From: Pseudomonas aeruginosa
Lineage (GTDB): Bacteria; Pseudomonadota; Gammaproteobacteria; Pseudomonadales; Pseudomonadaceae
Direction: 5' to 3'
Assembly (NCBI RefSeq): GCF_001457615.1
Contig: NZ_LN831024.1
Location: 5,400,001 to 5,432,000, forward strand
DNA: 32,000 nucleotides
The notes beneath the pieces were generated by a model. It made no database searches and was not told the origin of the DNA. It saw nothing but the letters and a program-made list of their open reading frames with translations. This document shows, piece after piece, positions 19,500-27,616 of this stretch (position 1 is the stretch's first letter; each line of letters begins with the position of its first letter). The position numbers and the translations under genes were made by a program.

Positions 19500-19982
19500 A
19501 TGCAGCTCAGCCACCGCCCGGCGGAGACCGGTGACCTGGAGACGGTCGCCGGCTTCCCCCAGGACCGCGACGAACTCTTCTATTGCTACCCCAAGGCGAT
19601 CTGGCCGTTCAGCGTCGCCCAGCTGGCCGCCGCCATCGCCGAACGCCGCGGCAGCACCGTGGCCGTGCACGACGGACAGGTGCTCGGCTTCGCCAACTTC
19701 TACCAGTGGCAGCACGGCGACTTCTGCGCCCTCGGCAACATGATGGTGGCGCCCGCCGCGCGCGGTCTGGGCGTGGCCCGCTACCTGATCGGGGTCATGG
19801 AAAACCTCGCCCGCGAACAGTACAAAGCGCGCCTGATGAAGATTTCCTGCTTCAACGCCAACGCCGCCGGGCTGCTGCTCTATACCCAGCTCGGCTACCA
19901 GCCGCGCGCCATCGCCGAACGCCACGATCCGGACGGCCGGCGCGTGGCGCTGATCCAGATGGACAAGCCCCTTGAACCCTGA
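19500..19982 (+). CDS. GNAT-family N-acetyltransferase
   Basis: GFANFYQWQHGDFCALGNMMVAPAARGLGVARYLIGVME; FNANAAGLLLYTQLGYQP. Confidence 0.9.
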   Translation: MQLSHRPAETGDLETVAGFPQDRDELFYCYPKAIWPFSVAQLAAAIAERRGSTVAVHDGQVLGFANFYQWQHGDFCALGNMMVAPAARGLGVARYLIGVMENLAREQYKARLMKISCFNANAAGLLLYTQLGYQPRAIAERHDPDGRRVALIQMDKPLEP

Positions 19983-20349
19983 CACCCACGCCCAGCGCGT
20001 CCTCATCATCGTCTCCAGCGGCCCGAGCACCCCGGCCCGCTGCGCCGCGCCCTTCCACACCGCCACCCTGCTGGCCTGCATGGACGCCGAGGTGACCCTG
20101 TTCCTCAGCGGCGAAGGCGTGCAGTTGGCCCGCCGCGCCGTCGCCGACCAGTTGCGCGCGCTGGACGGCGGCGAGCCGCTGCGCCACTTCATCCGCCAGG
20201 CCCGCGAGGCCGGCGCGCGCCTGCTGATGTGCCGCCAACCCGGGGTGAACATCGACGAAAGCGAACTGATCGAGGAACTCGACGAAATCTCCAGCGGCGG
20301 CGAACTGGCACGGCTGATCCTCGAATCCGAGCGGGTGCTGACCCTATGA
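19972..20349 (+). CDS. DsrE/DsrF-family-like small protein
   Basis: RVLIIVSSGPSTPARCAAPFHTATLLACMDAEVTLFLSGEGVQLARRAVAD; overlaps both neighbours; TTG start proposed by the ORF track. Confidence 0.75.
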   Translation: MNPDTHAQRVLIIVSSGPSTPARCAAPFHTATLLACMDAEVTLFLSGEGVQLARRAVADQLRALDGGEPLRHFIRQAREAGARLLMCRQPGVNIDESELIEELDEISSGGELARLILESERVLTL

Positions 20350-20813
20350 GCGCGAACCTGCACGGCCTGGAGTTCCCCGACGGGCTGTTCTACGCCCCGG
20401 ACTACAACCTGTGGTTGCGCGAGGAAGTCGACGGCAGCCTGACCCTGGGCCTGAGCGCCTACGGCTGCGCGCTGTATGGCGAAATCTTCGCCTTCACCCC
20501 CAAGCGCGACGGCTGGCACATCGAACGCGACCGCAGCTTCGGCGTGGTCGAGTTCGCCAAGGCTGCCTCCTCGGCCCGCAGCCCGTTGGCCGGGACCCTG
20601 CTGGCGAGCAACCCGGCGGTGGTCAAGCGCCCGGCGCTGATCAACCGGGATTGCTACGGCGAGGGCTGGATGGTACGGCTGCAACCGGACGACTGGGCCT
20701 CGGCGCGGAGCGCGTTTCTCCAGGGAGACGCGGCGCGGGAGGCATTCGCCGAGCGCATGCGCCTGGATGGGTTCGATCCGCAGCATCCAGGGGTGCAGGC
20801 ACTGGACTTCTGA
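20346..20813 (+). CDS. GcvH-like lipoyl-domain protein
   Basis: LYGEIFAFTPKRDGWHIERDRSFGVVEFAKAASSARSPLAGTLLASNPAVVKRPALINRDCYGEGWMVRLQP; conserved lysine in the position of the GcvH VESVKAASD motif. Confidence 0.8.
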   Translation: MSANLHGLEFPDGLFYAPDYNLWLREEVDGSLTLGLSAYGCALYGEIFAFTPKRDGWHIERDRSFGVVEFAKAASSARSPLAGTLLASNPAVVKRPALINRDCYGEGWMVRLQPDDWASARSAFLQGDAAREAFAERMRLDGFDPQHPGVQALDF

Positions 20814-20848
20814 GACTCCCGGGTTTTACCCGCACCCCGCTCGCGGAA

Positions 20849-20878
20849 GGCGGATAACGCCGCTGGCGTTATTCGCCC
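20849..20878. repeat. REP-like palindrome GGCGGATAACGCCGCTGGCGTTATTCGCCC
   Basis: Same core as at 10694 and 13876. Confidence 0.8.
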
Positions 20879-20929
20879 TACCCCAGCTCTCCATCGCCGC
20901 CAATCTCCCGCATATCCCCGGAGTCCGCC

Positions 20930-21658
20930 ATGTCCTCACCCCAACCGCCCCGCTTCGACGGCCAACGCTGGAGCTACGCCGACGACGACCGCATCGAGGT
21001 GCTGCCTGCCGACCCCGCCTGGCCACAACACTTCGCCGCCGAAGCCGAGGCCATCCGCACGGCGCTGGCGCTGCCCGGGCTGGGCATCGAGCATGTCGGC
21101 AGCACCGCGGTGCCCGGGCTCGACGCCAAGCCGATCATCGACATCCTCCTGCTGCCGCCGCCCGGCCACGATCCGCAGCGGCTGGTAGCCCCGCTGGAGG
21201 GCCTCGGCTACCAGTTCTGGCGCGAGAACCCGAACACCCAGCGGATGTTCTTCGTCAAAGGCATGCCGCCCTTCGGCCATGGCCGCACCCACCATGTCCA
21301 TGTCATGCCCCTGGCCCAGGCCGACCGCTACCTGCTGTTCCGCGACTGGCTGCGCAACCACCCCGACGACGCCCGCCTCTACGCCGAAACCAAGCACGCC
21401 CTGGCCCGCCGCTACCCCACCGACCGCGAGGCCTATACCCGTGGCAAGGACGAGGTCGTCGCAAGGATTCTCGGCCGGGCGCTGGCGGCGACGCGGCACC
21501 CAATGATACAGAGTGGCCTGGTAAGGGGAGAACGCGAAATGCACGCCAGGGAACTGCGTGAAACGCTGGTCGCCGGCGCGGAATCGACGCCAGGCGGCCC
21601 CGCCGATACAGCCTATTTCGAGTCGCTGCGCAGCCGGGTAAGCAAGCCCCAGGACTGA
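20930..21658 (+). CDS. GrpB/UPF0157-family nucleotidyltransferase-like protein
   Basis: LPADPAWPQHFAAEAEAIRTAL...IEHVGSTAVPGLDAKPIIDILL. Confidence 0.88.
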   Translation: MSSPQPPRFDGQRWSYADDDRIEVLPADPAWPQHFAAEAEAIRTALALPGLGIEHVGSTAVPGLDAKPIIDILLLPPPGHDPQRLVAPLEGLGYQFWRENPNTQRMFFVKGMPPFGHGRTHHVHVMPLAQADRYLLFRDWLRNHPDDARLYAETKHALARRYPTDREAYTRGKDEVVARILGRALAATRHPMIQSGLVRGEREMHARELRETLVAGAESTPGGPADTAYFESLRSRVSKPQD

Positions 21659-21680
21659 GGCGGATAGCGTGCTTCGCTCA

Positions 21681-22259
21681 CTACTGCGACTGTGCGAGCG
21701 CGGCTTCCACCAACCTCTCGATCACCTCCCCCACCCTCCCCGGCTCGCCAACCTCCACCCAGCGCAAATGCGCGAACCGCGGATCCTCGCGCAGGCCGGT
21801 GTATTTGCGGCGGTTGCCTGCGAAGGTGGTCCATGACCAGAGCAGGATCGAATCCCTGGAGCAGAACGCCATCCGCAGCGATTCACGGTTGCCGTGGGAC
21901 AGGCGGGTGCGCAGCAGGCCCCGGGCCAGGGTGCGGCGAAGGACCCGGGAGAACACCGTCCAGCGGCCGAAATTCAGCCATACCACGTGGGTGGCGCGGC
22001 CCCAGAGCAACTCGCGGACGGCGCTGTAGTTGCCGTCGGCGACCCAGCGCGGCGCCGTCGTCGCCCGCTCCACGGCGTGCTCGAAGCGTTCGTGGGGCAC
22101 GGCTTGCCAGCCGGGGCCCCAGTAGAGTCGGTCGAGTTCGACATGCGTACAACCCAGCCTGGCGGCCAGCGCGGCGGAGAAGGTCGTCTTCCCGGCCCCG
22201 CTGGTGCCGACCACCACCACACGCAGCGGCGCGCCTCGCTCGGCCTCGACGCAGGTCAT
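21681..22259 (-). CDS. P-loop adenylate kinase/topology-modulation-like protein
   Basis: LRVVVVGTSGAGKTTFSAALAARLGCTHVELDRLYWGPGW; start ATG overlaps the upstream methyltransferase stop. Confidence 0.8.
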   Translation of the reverse strand: MTCVEAERGAPLRVVVVGTSGAGKTTFSAALAARLGCTHVELDRLYWGPGWQAVPHERFEHAVERATTAPRWVADGNYSAVRELLWGRATHVVWLNFGRWTVFSRVLRRTLARGLLRTRLSHGNRESLRMAFCSRDSILLWSWTTFAGNRRKYTGLREDPRFAHLRWVEVGEPGRVGEVIERLVEAALAQSQ

Positions 22260-23056
22260 GCCTTGACCGCGACCAGCGTGTAGCACATCGGGATCGCCAG
22301 CGGTCCGTCCTCGTAGAGGTCGTAGAGTTCCTCGCGGTTCGAGTGCGGGTACTCCTTGAAGTGACTCAGGCGCAGGCCGGCGCCGAGCAACCCGCCGAGG
22401 ATGTCGCCGAGCGGGTGGACGTACCAGTAGCTGGCGATGCCGGTATCGCTGCCGCTGCCTTCGTAGACGATGGCCTCCCGGGATACGTGGGGCGTGTCGG
22501 TGAAGTAGTCGTTGCGCAGTTCGAACGGTCGCTCCGACTCGGGTTCGAGCATCTCCAGGAACGGGTGGGTCTCATAGATCGCCAATTGCCCGCCCGGCTT
22601 CAGCAGACCGCTCACCGAGGCGAAGAAGCGCGCGATGTCGGGCATCCAGTTGAGCACACCGATGGTGATCAGCAGCAGGTCGAACTGACCGTTCAGCTCG
22701 ACCGGCAGCTCGTAGGCATTGGCTTCGACGAAACGCGGCTGATGCGGCGAGCGCTCGGCCAGTTGCCGCGCCTGGGCGAGGAAGGCGGCGGACTGGTCGA
22801 TCCCCACCGCCCGCGCGACGCCGAAGGCGTACAGCGAAAGCACTTCCCGGCCGTTGTTGCAGCCGACCTGGACCGCCGCCTTGCCGGCCAGGTCCAGATT
22901 GCGCAGCACGCCAGCCAGGGTCTCGTCCAGGCAACTGAAGCCGGTTTCCTGTACCGCCAGCGACAATTCCTGCCAGCCGCTGCCACGCAGGTGACTGTCG
23001 GCGGACGCGTCCCAGGCGCGTCGGTTGCTTTCCACCGCGTGTTCAAGATCCGTCAT
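22256..23056 (-). CDS. Class I SAM-dependent methyltransferase
   Basis: AAVQVGCNNGREVLSLYAFGVARAVGIDQSAAFLAQARQLA; 266 aa. Confidence 0.85.
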   Translation of the reverse strand: MTDLEHAVESNRRAWDASADSHLRGSGWQELSLAVQETGFSCLDETLAGVLRNLDLAGKAAVQVGCNNGREVLSLYAFGVARAVGIDQSAAFLAQARQLAERSPHQPRFVEANAYELPVELNGQFDLLLITIGVLNWMPDIARFFASVSGLLKPGGQLAIYETHPFLEMLEPESERPFELRNDYFTDTPHVSREAIVYEGSGSDTGIASYWYVHPLGDILGGLLGAGLRLSHFKEYPHSNREELYDLYEDGPLAIPMCYTLVAVKA

Positions 23057-23351
23057 GCGAAAACCTCAGAAGTGTTCCCAGGAAGGCCAGCCGAGTCGCG
23101 AACCCGCAGCCCACTCAATCGCGGAATTGCAGCCCGATATGGGCTCGGCAGTCGCGTCGTTCCAGGCTGCCTTCCTGGAAAGCGCCGCAGGCGCGGTTTC
23201 TCAGAGGCAGCGTCTGTTCCACCACGGTCACCCGCACCTCGTTCGCCGGTTGGCGCTGCTCGGCGGGTCGCGGCGCCTGACGCCGGCCGTTCAGGTTGTC
23301 GGCCCCGCCTGGCGGGATGCGCCGGCGCGTCGCGGCGATCCGCCTGCATGC

Positions 23352-23792
23352 TCAATAGAGACCGGTGGCGCTGCCCCGCTCGAACAGCGGCACCTGGTTG
23401 GCCAGGATCATGTTGTAGCTGAGCATGAACGGCACCCCGCCGCCGCTTTCGGCGATCTGGCCTACCCAGCCGATGGGGTTGTTGAACAGCGATTCGTCGG
23501 GGCTGAGCACGCCGACGGCGGCGCTGTCCGGGTCGCCGTCCCAGGTCACGTCGCCCCAGTGCCAGCCGAGGCCACGCACGTACTGCGCGCCGATCAGCGC
23601 GCCGAGGGCGAAGACCGCCTCGTCGTCGAGGCTGCGCCCCTGCTCCCTCGCATCGCGCACGTAGTCGGTGACGGCGGCGACGATCTGCGCCGGCGTCTCG
23701 TCCGCGGCGACGCCAAGCAAGGCGAGCCCCTGTGCCTGCAGCTCCGCCAGTTGCTGTTGCAGGTCCGTTGAAAGCGGATTGATCTCGGCCAT
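23352..23792 (-). CDS. Conserved hypothetical protein (146 aa)
   Basis: MAEINPLSTDLQQQLAELQAQGLALLGVAADETPAQIVAAVTDYV...; consistent single frame. Confidence 0.65.
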   Translation of the reverse strand: MAEINPLSTDLQQQLAELQAQGLALLGVAADETPAQIVAAVTDYVRDAREQGRSLDDEAVFALGALIGAQYVRGLGWHWGDVTWDGDPDSAAVGVLSPDESLFNNPIGWVGQIAESGGGVPFMLSYNMILANQVPLFERGSATGLY

Positions 23793-23982
23793 CCCTGTTC
23801 TCCCGAGGCAAGCGTGCGCACCCGTCCGTCGGGCGCGCCATGAAGCGCGTTATCTTACGGCTTCGCGGCGACGAAAGCGCCCTCCCCAGCCAAACGTAGC
23901 GCAGCCGCTAATCGCCTCTTCCCGGAAATGCTGCCTTCGGCTCTACTGGCGAATTTGTGCCATCCATACCCGAGACAGCCCC

Positions 23983-24705
23983 ATGACGCTGATCGCCGCC
24001 GCCCAGAGCTGCGCCCACCCCGCCGACCTGCCACGCAACCTCGACGACCACCTGCGCCTGATGCGTATCGCCCAGGCACGGGGCGTGCGCCTGCTGGTGT
24101 TTCCCGAACTGTCGCTCACCGGCTACGAACCCAGCGCTGCCGCCGCCCTCGCCCAGCCGGCGGACACGCCCCTGCTGCAACCGCTGCGCCAGCTCGCCGA
24201 GCAGGCACGGATGACCACGGTGGTCGGCCTGCCGCTGCGCTCGCCGAAGCATGCCAAGCCGCTGATCGCCGCCCTGATCCTCGGCGCCGACGGCAGCCTC
24301 GGCGTCTATGCCAAGCAGCACCTGCACGCGGGCGAGGAACGCCACTTCTCAGCCGGCGACGGCGGCCCCCTGCTGGAGATCGACGGCCTGCCGATGGCGT
24401 TGGCGGTCTGCGCCGACTTCAGCCAACCCAGCCACCCGGCCCACGCCGCCCGTGCCGGCGCTCGCCTCTACATCGCCAGCGCGCTGATCGGAGAAAACGG
24501 CTACCCGGCCGACTCGGCCCTACTGGCCGGTTATGCCCGCGAGCACGGAATGGGCGTGCTGCTGGCCAACCATGGCGGGCCGACGGGTGGCTGGAAGGCG
24601 GCGGGCAGGAGTGCGTTTTGGAATGAGCGGGGAGCGCTGGTCAGGGAGACGACGGGGACGGGTGAGACGCTGCTTCTGCTGGAACGGACCGAGATAGACG
24701 CTTGA
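23983..24705 (+). CDS. Carbon-nitrogen hydrolase (nitrilase superfamily)
   Basis: MTLIAAAQSCAHPADLPRNLDDHLRLMRIAQARGVRLLVFPELSLTGYEP; catalytic E, K (YAKQHLHAGEERHF) and C (LAVCADFSQP). Confidence 0.9.
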   Translation: MTLIAAAQSCAHPADLPRNLDDHLRLMRIAQARGVRLLVFPELSLTGYEPSAAAALAQPADTPLLQPLRQLAEQARMTTVVGLPLRSPKHAKPLIAALILGADGSLGVYAKQHLHAGEERHFSAGDGGPLLEIDGLPMALAVCADFSQPSHPAHAARAGARLYIASALIGENGYPADSALLAGYAREHGMGVLLANHGGPTGGWKAAGRSAFWNERGALVRETTGTGETLLLLERTEIDA

Positions 24706-24745
24706 TCCTGTGAGACACGATGGCCGCCGAAAGCGAGCGGAGAAT

Positions 24746-24772
24746 TGGCGGAAGGCAGTGGGAGTCGAACCC
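24746..24772 (-). tRNA. 3'-terminal fragment of a tRNA gene, most consistent with tRNA-Sec (selC); probable attachment-site copy
   Basis: Minus strand reads GGGTTCGACTCCCACTGCCTTCCGCCA: T-arm GTTCGA, an acceptor 3' strand TGCCTTCC, discriminator G and encoded CCA. No upstream tRNA body follows; AT-rich sequence starts immediately. Confidence 0.72.
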
Positions 24773-24934
24773 TATTTTTAGGGTGGCCTTATTTGGCCAA
24801 TGCTGGACAATTACTGATAAATCAATGGCTTGCGATCAGGAGAAGTCGCCTTCATTGGTTATTGTTGGTCAGTGGTTTCGACACTTTTTCGACAGTCCAT
24901 GCCGTGGCATTTGTCTTGAGAACCCCATCAAAAG

Positions 24935-25618
24935 CTATTTAATTATTTTCTCTGGAGATATAACATCTCGATAGACCTTGTGAAGAGTTCTAAGATACTC
25001 CTTTCCAATCCCCGTTAATTCATACTTTACTTTTATATGAAATGATCCCCCAACCCCATTTGGTGACTTATCTCTCTCCGCCGATATATTCCTTTTAAGA
25101 ACCCTATGATTTGTCAGTACGTCGCCAAGACTGTCAATAAAGAGATTTTCGTTCTCATAACCATGCATAAATGTATGAATATCAATCAGTGAAACATTAT
25201 TGGTTATTCGAGCTTGGTGCTCAAAAACCTCAACACTTACTTCTCCATTTATTACTCTGGCGAAAGCGCCACCTAGAATGCTAGCTTTCTGCTCTGAGTC
25301 TGCTCTTGATAGGTTTTCGATAGCCTCCTCTGTAAACCGCTCTTTTTCTTTAGGTTCTAGTTTTGCGTAAAACCTACCTACTAGTTCCGGCGTAACCTCT
25401 TTCCTAGCTTCTTCCAAAAAAGAGCTTACTTTTTTTGCAAAACGCTTTTCTCTTGCACTACTAATAGCCTTAACAACACCAAGAATTGTTGATACCGCAG
25501 GTATCGACTTTAAAGTTTCGTCACTAATGAAAGCATCCAGTATAATTTCTGAGTATTCACTAACAGGAAGCTCGCCAATTTTTTCTATCAGATTATTGTC
25601 TGCATCCTTCTTACTCAT
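24935..25618 (-). CDS. Unknown cargo protein (227 aa), AT-rich
   Basis: ATG at 25618 preceded by GAGGAG; MSKKDADNNLIEKIGELP...; one possible hydrophobic/amphipathic segment, C-terminus with YELTGIGKEYLRTLHKVY reminiscent of a winged-helix ending. Confidence 0.8.
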   Translation of the reverse strand: MSKKDADNNLIEKIGELPVSEYSEIILDAFISDETLKSIPAVSTILGVVKAISSAREKRFAKKVSSFLEEARKEVTPELVGRFYAKLEPKEKERFTEEAIENLSRADSEQKASILGGAFARVINGEVSVEVFEHQARITNNVSLIDIHTFMHGYENENLFIDSLGDVLTNHRVLKRNISAERDKSPNGVGGSFHIKVKYELTGIGKEYLRTLHKVYRDVISPEKIIK

Positions 25619-25649
25619 AACTATCTCCTCAAATTTTGTGCAAGCTAAA

Positions 25650-25952
25650 TTACTTACCACAAAAATCCTTTAGTCCCTTTGTACTTATCGAGTTCGGATT
25701 AACTCTATGCCTTTCAATCCAGAATTGGCACTCCTCGCTATATAGGCGCTCTTGTCGCCTCGTCACTTCCTGCCTGTCGTCCTTTTCACAGTCTCTTCTT
25801 ATAGAGTTCCCAACCCCGTTCTCTCCGCTGCTATTTCTGAATGCGTAGCATAGAGCGGAGTTTGAAAACTTGATTAGCCAGTCATCACTGGCTTCATTTG
25901 CAAAAGCTGAGAAAGAAAGTAGAGCTAGAAATAATAAAAAGCATCCTTTCAT
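25650..25952 (-). CDS. Unknown small secreted/periplasmic protein (100 aa), AT-rich
   Basis: MKGCFLLFLALLSFSAFANEASDDWL signal peptide; four Cys in the mature part. Confidence 0.75.
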   Translation of the reverse strand: MKGCFLLFLALLSFSAFANEASDDWLIKFSNSALCYAFRNSSGENGVGNSIRRDCEKDDRQEVTRRQERLYSEECQFWIERHRVNPNSISTKGLKDFCGK

Positions 25953-26007
25953 TTATCTTTTCCTGTCTTTCGGGCATACCAACGCCTAGCCACTTCCTGT
26001 GTGATCG

Positions 26008-26292
26008 CTATCCCGCGCTTTGACTGGTCAAGTTTCGATTGGCTTCATCGTAGCTCGGACTTGTCTGTCCGCACTCGGGGGCAATCTGTCCGCTAGCGAT
26101 CCAAAGGGCGTACTGAGGGAAGGCCCGCACAAGTACGTCAATTTCGTCAGTGCTTACTCGTACAGCGCCTTTGCTGACATTCAGCCACCGGCTGTGATCC
26201 GTATTGCTCAGTTGACTGAGCTTTTTAGGGCCGATCTGCTTAATCAATAGCCTTGCTCTATCTGCTGAGCTTTCCATATAGAAATTATTCAC
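26008..26292 (-). CDS. Pf-like repressor C / phage-associated HTH DNA-binding protein
   Basis: RARLLIKQIGPKKLSQLSNTDHSRWLNVSKGAVRVSTDEIDVLVRAFPQYALWIASGQIAPECGQTSP; divergent to the early operon; GTG start at 26292 or internal ATG. Confidence 0.85.
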   Translation of the reverse strand: MNNFYMESSADRARLLIKQIGPKKLSQLSNTDHSRWLNVSKGAVRVSTDEIDVLVRAFPQYALWIASGQIAPECGQTSPSYDEANRNLTSQSAG

Positions 26293-26304
26293 ACGAAGCA
26301 GCGA

Positions 26305-26365
26305 GGGTAACTATTGACTCGACCAAAGGCCAGGTCAATAATTGCCTTCAGGGTAATTATTGACT
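26305..26365. promoter_or_regulatory. Operator array of the repressor/excisionase switch
   Basis: GGGTAACTATTGACT (26305-26319), inverted GGTCAATAATTGCC (26333-26346), GGGTAATTATTGACT (26351-26365). Confidence 0.75.
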
Positions 26366-26410
26366 TAATGGGCATAGCCCAACAAAGACCAACATAGTGC
26401 AGCAAAGGCC

Positions 26411-26626
26411 ATGGAAGTGGAAGAAATCAAGGCTCAAGACCTTCGCGCGGCGCCCCCGGTGTTGCCGTGGCGGGACTTCGCGAACTGGATTGGCATGGGG
26501 GAAGACCACGAAACCGTCCGTGGATGGATTCGTAAGGGCTATCTCCCCGCGCACAAGATCGGCAAGCACGTGATGGTCAATGTTGCGCTCTTCACCCATC
26601 AACTGATGGAAAAGGAGGAGTTCTGA
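26411..26626 (+). CDS. Excisionase-like / MerR-type HTH DNA-binding protein
   Basis: LPWRDFANWIGMGEDHETVRGWIRKGYLPAHKIGKHVMVNVALFTHQLM, typical recombination directionality factor fold; first gene of the rightward operon. Confidence 0.75.
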   Translation: MEVEEIKAQDLRAAPPVLPWRDFANWIGMGEDHETVRGWIRKGYLPAHKIGKHVMVNVALFTHQLMEKEEF

Positions 26627-26784
26627 TGGACACCTTCCAATTCTGCTTCGCGGGCATCGTCGGCAGTGTTTCCGGCAGGGTCGTGACCTGGGGCGGCCTG
26701 ACTGTCGATATCGACCAGATCGAGAATGCTTGGCTCCGTCAGGCGATTGAAGACTATCGCTGTGGTCGTAGGGGGCAGAAATGA
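26626..26784 (+). CDS. Small phage protein (52 aa), absent from the ORF track
   Basis: ATG overlaps the previous TGA; RBS AAAGGAGGAG; MDTFQFCFAGIVGSVSGRVVTWGGLTVDIDQIENAWLRQAIEDYRCGRRGQK. Confidence 0.7.
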   Translation: MDTFQFCFAGIVGSVSGRVVTWGGLTVDIDQIENAWLRQAIEDYRCGRRGQK

Positions 26785-26787
26785 GCC

Positions 26788-27078
26788 ATGGCCGCCAGTC
26801 CCTACTACCTACGCCAGACCCACGCCCCGGACTGCGCCTGCTCTGTGTGCTGGTCCGCAAGGCAGGCCATCCCATTGCACAGCCCGTCGCCGTGTCCGGA
26901 CTGCCGGCCCCCTGGGCTGCCTTATCTGGAAGATGGCCGCTGGCTCTGCCGTCCCCGTTCCTTCTGCGCGAAACACGATCCGTCCCGGCGTCCGCCGAAG
27001 TACTGGCACGTTGTGTACGACAGCGGGAAACCTACGCCCTTCGTGCCCGTGCGCGAAGCATTCCAACTGGAGGGCTGA
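26788..27078 (+). CDS. Cys-rich small phage protein (96 aa)
   Basis: MAASPYYLRQTHAPDCACSVCWSARQAIPLHSPSPCPDCRPPG...KYWHVVYDSGKPTPFVPVREAFQLEG; closely spaced in the operon; CxC/CxxC pairs. Confidence 0.65.
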   Translation: MAASPYYLRQTHAPDCACSVCWSARQAIPLHSPSPCPDCRPPGLPYLEDGRWLCRPRSFCAKHDPSRRPPKYWHVVYDSGKPTPFVPVREAFQLEG

Positions 27079-27081
27079 CCC

Positions 27082-27414
27082 ATGCTCGCTGACACCCTGA
27101 AAGCGCTGCTCCTGCTCTGCCTGATCCAGGCCGCCCGCACCGTGGCCGATCCGGTCAAGGGCCGCGCTCCCGGCTCGTCGGAACAGCCTCACCGTTCCGG
27201 CGAACGGAAGCACGGGCGGAGCGCACCCTTGAACGTCTCCCCCCTGAAACAGCCTCCGCTGGGGAGTGTGGGGCAGCTTCTCCGCCCCGCGCTCCCGAGC
27301 CCTCGGCGGCAAGAGCGGGATGACAAGGGCAGAGCCCTTGGTGTTAACGGACTTGAAAGTTATTCATTTCGGCGAAAATCGAAATGCTCGTTACTGCACT
27401 TTGTTGCTCAATAA
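27082..27414 (+). CDS. Small phage ORF, real extent uncertain
   Basis: Starts 3 nt after the previous gene ([27 protein letters not shown]...); low-complexity C-terminal half. Confidence 0.4.
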   Translation: MLADTLKALLLLCLIQAARTVADPVKGRAPGSSEQPHRSGERKHGRSAPLNVSPLKQPPLGSVGQLLRPALPSPRRQERDDKGRALGVNGLESYSFRRKSKCSLLHFVAQ

Positions 27415-27616
27415 GTTCAGTAGCTTGATATTTCCTCAGAAACGATTTTAGGCGCTTTATCTGTGTTGATATAGCTCCACTAGAACTCACTGAAACTCGG
27501 TAAAAAAGGCTCTTCTTTTCCTAAGCAATCACTTCCGCTGAATCACCGGCACATGAGCCGAATTGCAGCAGCGGGCTAACTCACGCCGAAAAAGGCGAAT
27601 TGAAGGAGAAACACCG

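Noticed and set aside
21692-23422. 576-aa plus-strand ORF across the kinase and methyltransferase genes
   Set aside because: Arg/Ala/Pro-rich antisense translation without any domain signature.
27082-27414. Treating the whole 110-aa ORF as a confident gene
   Set aside because: Good start context but the second half overlaps the hairpin-rich region and looks noncoding; listed at low confidence.
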